DNA of 64,000 nucleotides from Raillietiella orientalis (Eukaryota): NCBI GenBank assembly GCA_036172245.1, contig JAYWIR010000006.1, positions 682,001 to 746,000 of the forward strand, read 5' to 3'. Shown piece by piece: positions 61,008 to 64,000 of this stretch (position 1 is its first letter; each line of letters starts with the position of its first letter). The notes under the pieces were generated by a model. It saw only the letters and a program-made list of their open reading frames with translations, ran no database searches and was not told where the DNA came from. The position numbers and the translations under genes were made by a program.

Positions 61008-64000
61008 GGAGCCTTTCACAGTCTCTCTCTCTCATCCCTCCTCCCCCCATCTTTCTTCGGTGCGCGCGCGCTCCCTGTTCCGCGTTGCTCCTGGGAGATG
61101 AGGCACTCCAGAGTCAGGGAGCGCGTCGTTCCCAAGAGTTCTCTCTCTACGACGGATTTGGAGAGTTCGCGTGGGACCGGATCCGGATGGGAAGGAGGCT
61201 TTTTGCAAGGCAGCGGGAAGGGGGGGGAGGAGGAGCGGGACGACGACGGCTGACTGCGATCCCTGGCTTTCTGCGACTGCCACCAGGGACGCGATTATCT
61301 TTCCGACGCCGTCCGAGAAACGCAGCTTTCTGTGCCTTCCCCCCTCCTTCCTCTCTTTTTCCCTTTTTGCGTCTTCGTTAGCAGGAAGTCCGGAAGGGGG
61401 AAGGGAGGGCAACTCCTTATGAAATCTGGTGCCTCCGTCATCAGCCAAGGCGCGACGACGCCCACCGTTGCACGAGTTCTGAGACGTCTCCAGCTGCTGT
61501 TGCAAGGGTCACGCAGGGTGAGCGCGCGTCGGAGAAAGGGGAGGAAAAGCCACGAGGTTACTTGTCCAGCAGAAGCTAACCCTTCTAGGGCTCTCAGTGA
61601 GCAGGAGCGGGGAGTCCCGTTACAACGCTTCCCGGGAAGAACACTTGCCGTCGACGGCTCGTGAACGGTAGTCAATCTCGGGAAGATTCTCCTCCGCGCC
61701 CGCTAGAAAGTAGGAAATTCCTGGAGAAGATGAAGGGGAATCGGACGGCATCGCTTTTCGGACAAGGGGCCGGGCGTTCAGCCTTCCCTCGGCCAGGGGA
61801 CCATAGGCGCCACCTACCCGCGCAGCGGAAGGAAGGCAGCCTCCCTCGGGGTTTGAGGACTTGACCTCTCGCTGCGCGAGGAACTTCCGTTTCCTTCCGT
61901 TGTGCCAGTGGTGAACCTCCAGGAGGCTTGTGGCATGCGTCGCCACCATCGCCAGGTGGCAGGACGAGCTCCTCACTGCGGCCGACGTTGCGAGGACACG
62001 CTGAAGGGGTCCAGGGGAAGATGATGAGCCTCTCCGACCGGATCCGGACCTGCCAGGCGCTTGACCCTGCGGAGTTTCATCTCAGGAAAGAGGGCCAGCC
62101 TCCGGGTCCGCGTGATCGCCTTCCTGCTTGTGGCCTTGGGGAGGTGGAACTTCGCCGGAGGCGCTCGCCAGGAGCAGAAGGCTCTCGTCTCCTCCTTGCT
62201 CACCCGAAATTGTTTGCGAATTGGATGCGAATTGTCTGCCGGGACACTTCTGCCCCCCCTCCTGTGCTCCGGTGCTGCCCCGCTGCGCCAGGGGAGAGAG
62301 ACGCAGCGACTCACCAGGGCTGCCAAGAAGATCTCGTTTCGTCCGTACTCCCGGGACGCCGGAACCATCAGAGAAGGAGTAAAGGGGTACCGGGAGCTGT
62401 AAATCCCGAAGGGTTTCCTCGAAGATGGTTGCTCTTTCTCCTCCCTCTCTTCCTCCCCTAGTGACGGCAAACCGACTCGCTGAACCAGTGGAATCGGTGG
62501 AGGGAGCGGCGGGACGCCGCATCCGAAGGTCAGGGACGCTTCCAGTTCAGCTTTCGGGTTTCGCCAGGTCGCTTCCCTGCCTCCTGGAGGGCGACCTCTT
62601 GCCATCCTCTGAGACGTGAGCAGCAGGGAAAGCAGGCGGGTGAGTCGGTCGGTCGCCGGATTCCCCCTCCTTGTCCTTCCTGTGATGGCGGCGGCGGCTC
62701 TTCGGGACCCGCCGCATCCGAGTGACATCCGTCTCGTGCACGTGAGAGCCCTCCGTGAGGCTGCGACGGCGGCTTTCGACAGCACTTCAGACGCTGTTGC
62801 TTCGTGCGCGGCAGCTCTCGGCAAGCCTCGCGCGACGAGATAAAAGCTCCAAGACCTCTTCGGCTCCAGGAACGCCGCCTCCGCCGCCGCGCTCCTTGTC
62901 TTCGCTTGCGCGCACCCGAGGGTGCACTGGAGAGGTGGCCGTCCGCGGGAAAAGGCAGAGCCGCGAGAGGATCAGGGCGCGAGCGCCCACGGAGGGTGAC
63001 CATGCCGCCGCCGCCCTCCCGGAACCGGTAAGGGATCGGCAGGTCGGCGCGAGAGGCCCACTCGCAGAATGTGCAGGAGGCGGCGCCACCACCACCATCA
63101 ACATCAGCAGCAGTGTCAACGCCTCCTCTATCCCAAGCACTGCCTATCGGCTCGTCGGATGGTTCCAAAGTCCGATCGTAGGAATATGACTCCGGAGAAA
63201 AGGGCACATCCACTCAGATCGGGTCTATCCCAGTGGAATCAGTCGACGGCACACAGCCTCCCTCTCCTTATCTCTTGCGTCACTCGGCATCTCTGGGAAA
63301 CTAACGGCTGAAACCCCGTGTCCCCCGCAGCCAATCTCGTGGGGTAGCGGCTGCGAGGCGCCCCTGAGGCACCAGAAATGATCCGAGTTCGGGAGATTCA
63401 GAGCTGCCGATGCGCGAACGAGGCTAGCGTGGCGCTCACCAGGTGGCAATCTCGTTGGTGGGTGGCTCCGTGCCGCCGTTTCCCAACGAAGGAGCTCCCC
63501 TCTCGGCTGGATGATTTGGGTTGAGTCGCGGGAGAAGTTGAGGGGGGAGCACGTGGTCCAGCAGGGGCTCCCCGTCCTCGGAGCACTCCTTCCCTGTTCA
63601 TGCGCATACGCGTGGATGGGGGACAGCAGGAGCGGCAGCAACCAGAAACCTCTCTCCCTCCTTGTGTGCGACCGTCGTCGCTGCTGTTTCCCTCTTGAGA
63701 AGCGTCCGCTTCGCTACAGACCACCGCCTGCAGGGATGGGAGAGTTCCGCTCCGCGCTCTTAGGTCGGTCATCCCTGTGGAGTGGTAGACCTGCAAAGGT
63801 CGCGGAGGTTAGCGGGAGATGCACCGAACAGTTCCATCCTTGGGCCTTCAGCTCTCCTGGAGCGAAAGAGTCCGCAGGGGAGAGATTAGGCTGCGCAGTG
63901 CACATCCGAGGTTTCCCTTGGTAACGGGACGGAGGAGCTGAGATCTTCTGGAGTCTTTGGGGCGAGCATACCTTGGTGGGACTGAGGTGCACCGCCGCCT

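Overview
Eukaryotic genomic DNA with spliceosomal introns, most likely an arthropod (inferred from the UNC-80, TFIIE-beta and CxxS-type GILT sequences; species not determined). No prokaryotic features, CRISPR arrays, rRNA or tRNA were seen. Gene models were spliced by hand. They are: (1) the 3' part of an unc-80 gene (+, 1 to about 15 kb); (2) a possible small Cys-containing gene of unknown family (+, about 16.8-17.4 kb); (3) two tandem, divergent GILT/IFI30-like genes with TATA boxes (-, 18.9-20.6 and 22.7-23.7 kb); (4) TFIIE beta (+, 30.1-32.9 kb), containing a 35-nt intron; (5) a divergent three-dsRBD Loquacious/TRBP-like gene with a repetitive N-terminus (-, 43.4-45.4 kb); (6) a third, canonical GILT (+, about 47.8/50.1-51.0 kb); (7) a secreted precursor with an uninterrupted CDS whose C-terminus fits the growth-blocking-peptide/ENF cytokine motif (-, 60.2-60.7 kb). 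Non-coding features include a near-perfect inverted duplication with arms of about 210 bp, a duplicated structured motif around the first TFIIE-beta coding exon (candidate H/ACA RNA), several perfect hairpins, a MITE-like remnant, a poly(A)-tailed retro-insertion, and a sharp mosaic of GC/CpG-rich and AT-rich/CpG-poor domains. Most ORFs in the supplied track are spurious shadow ORFs of GC-rich DNA.
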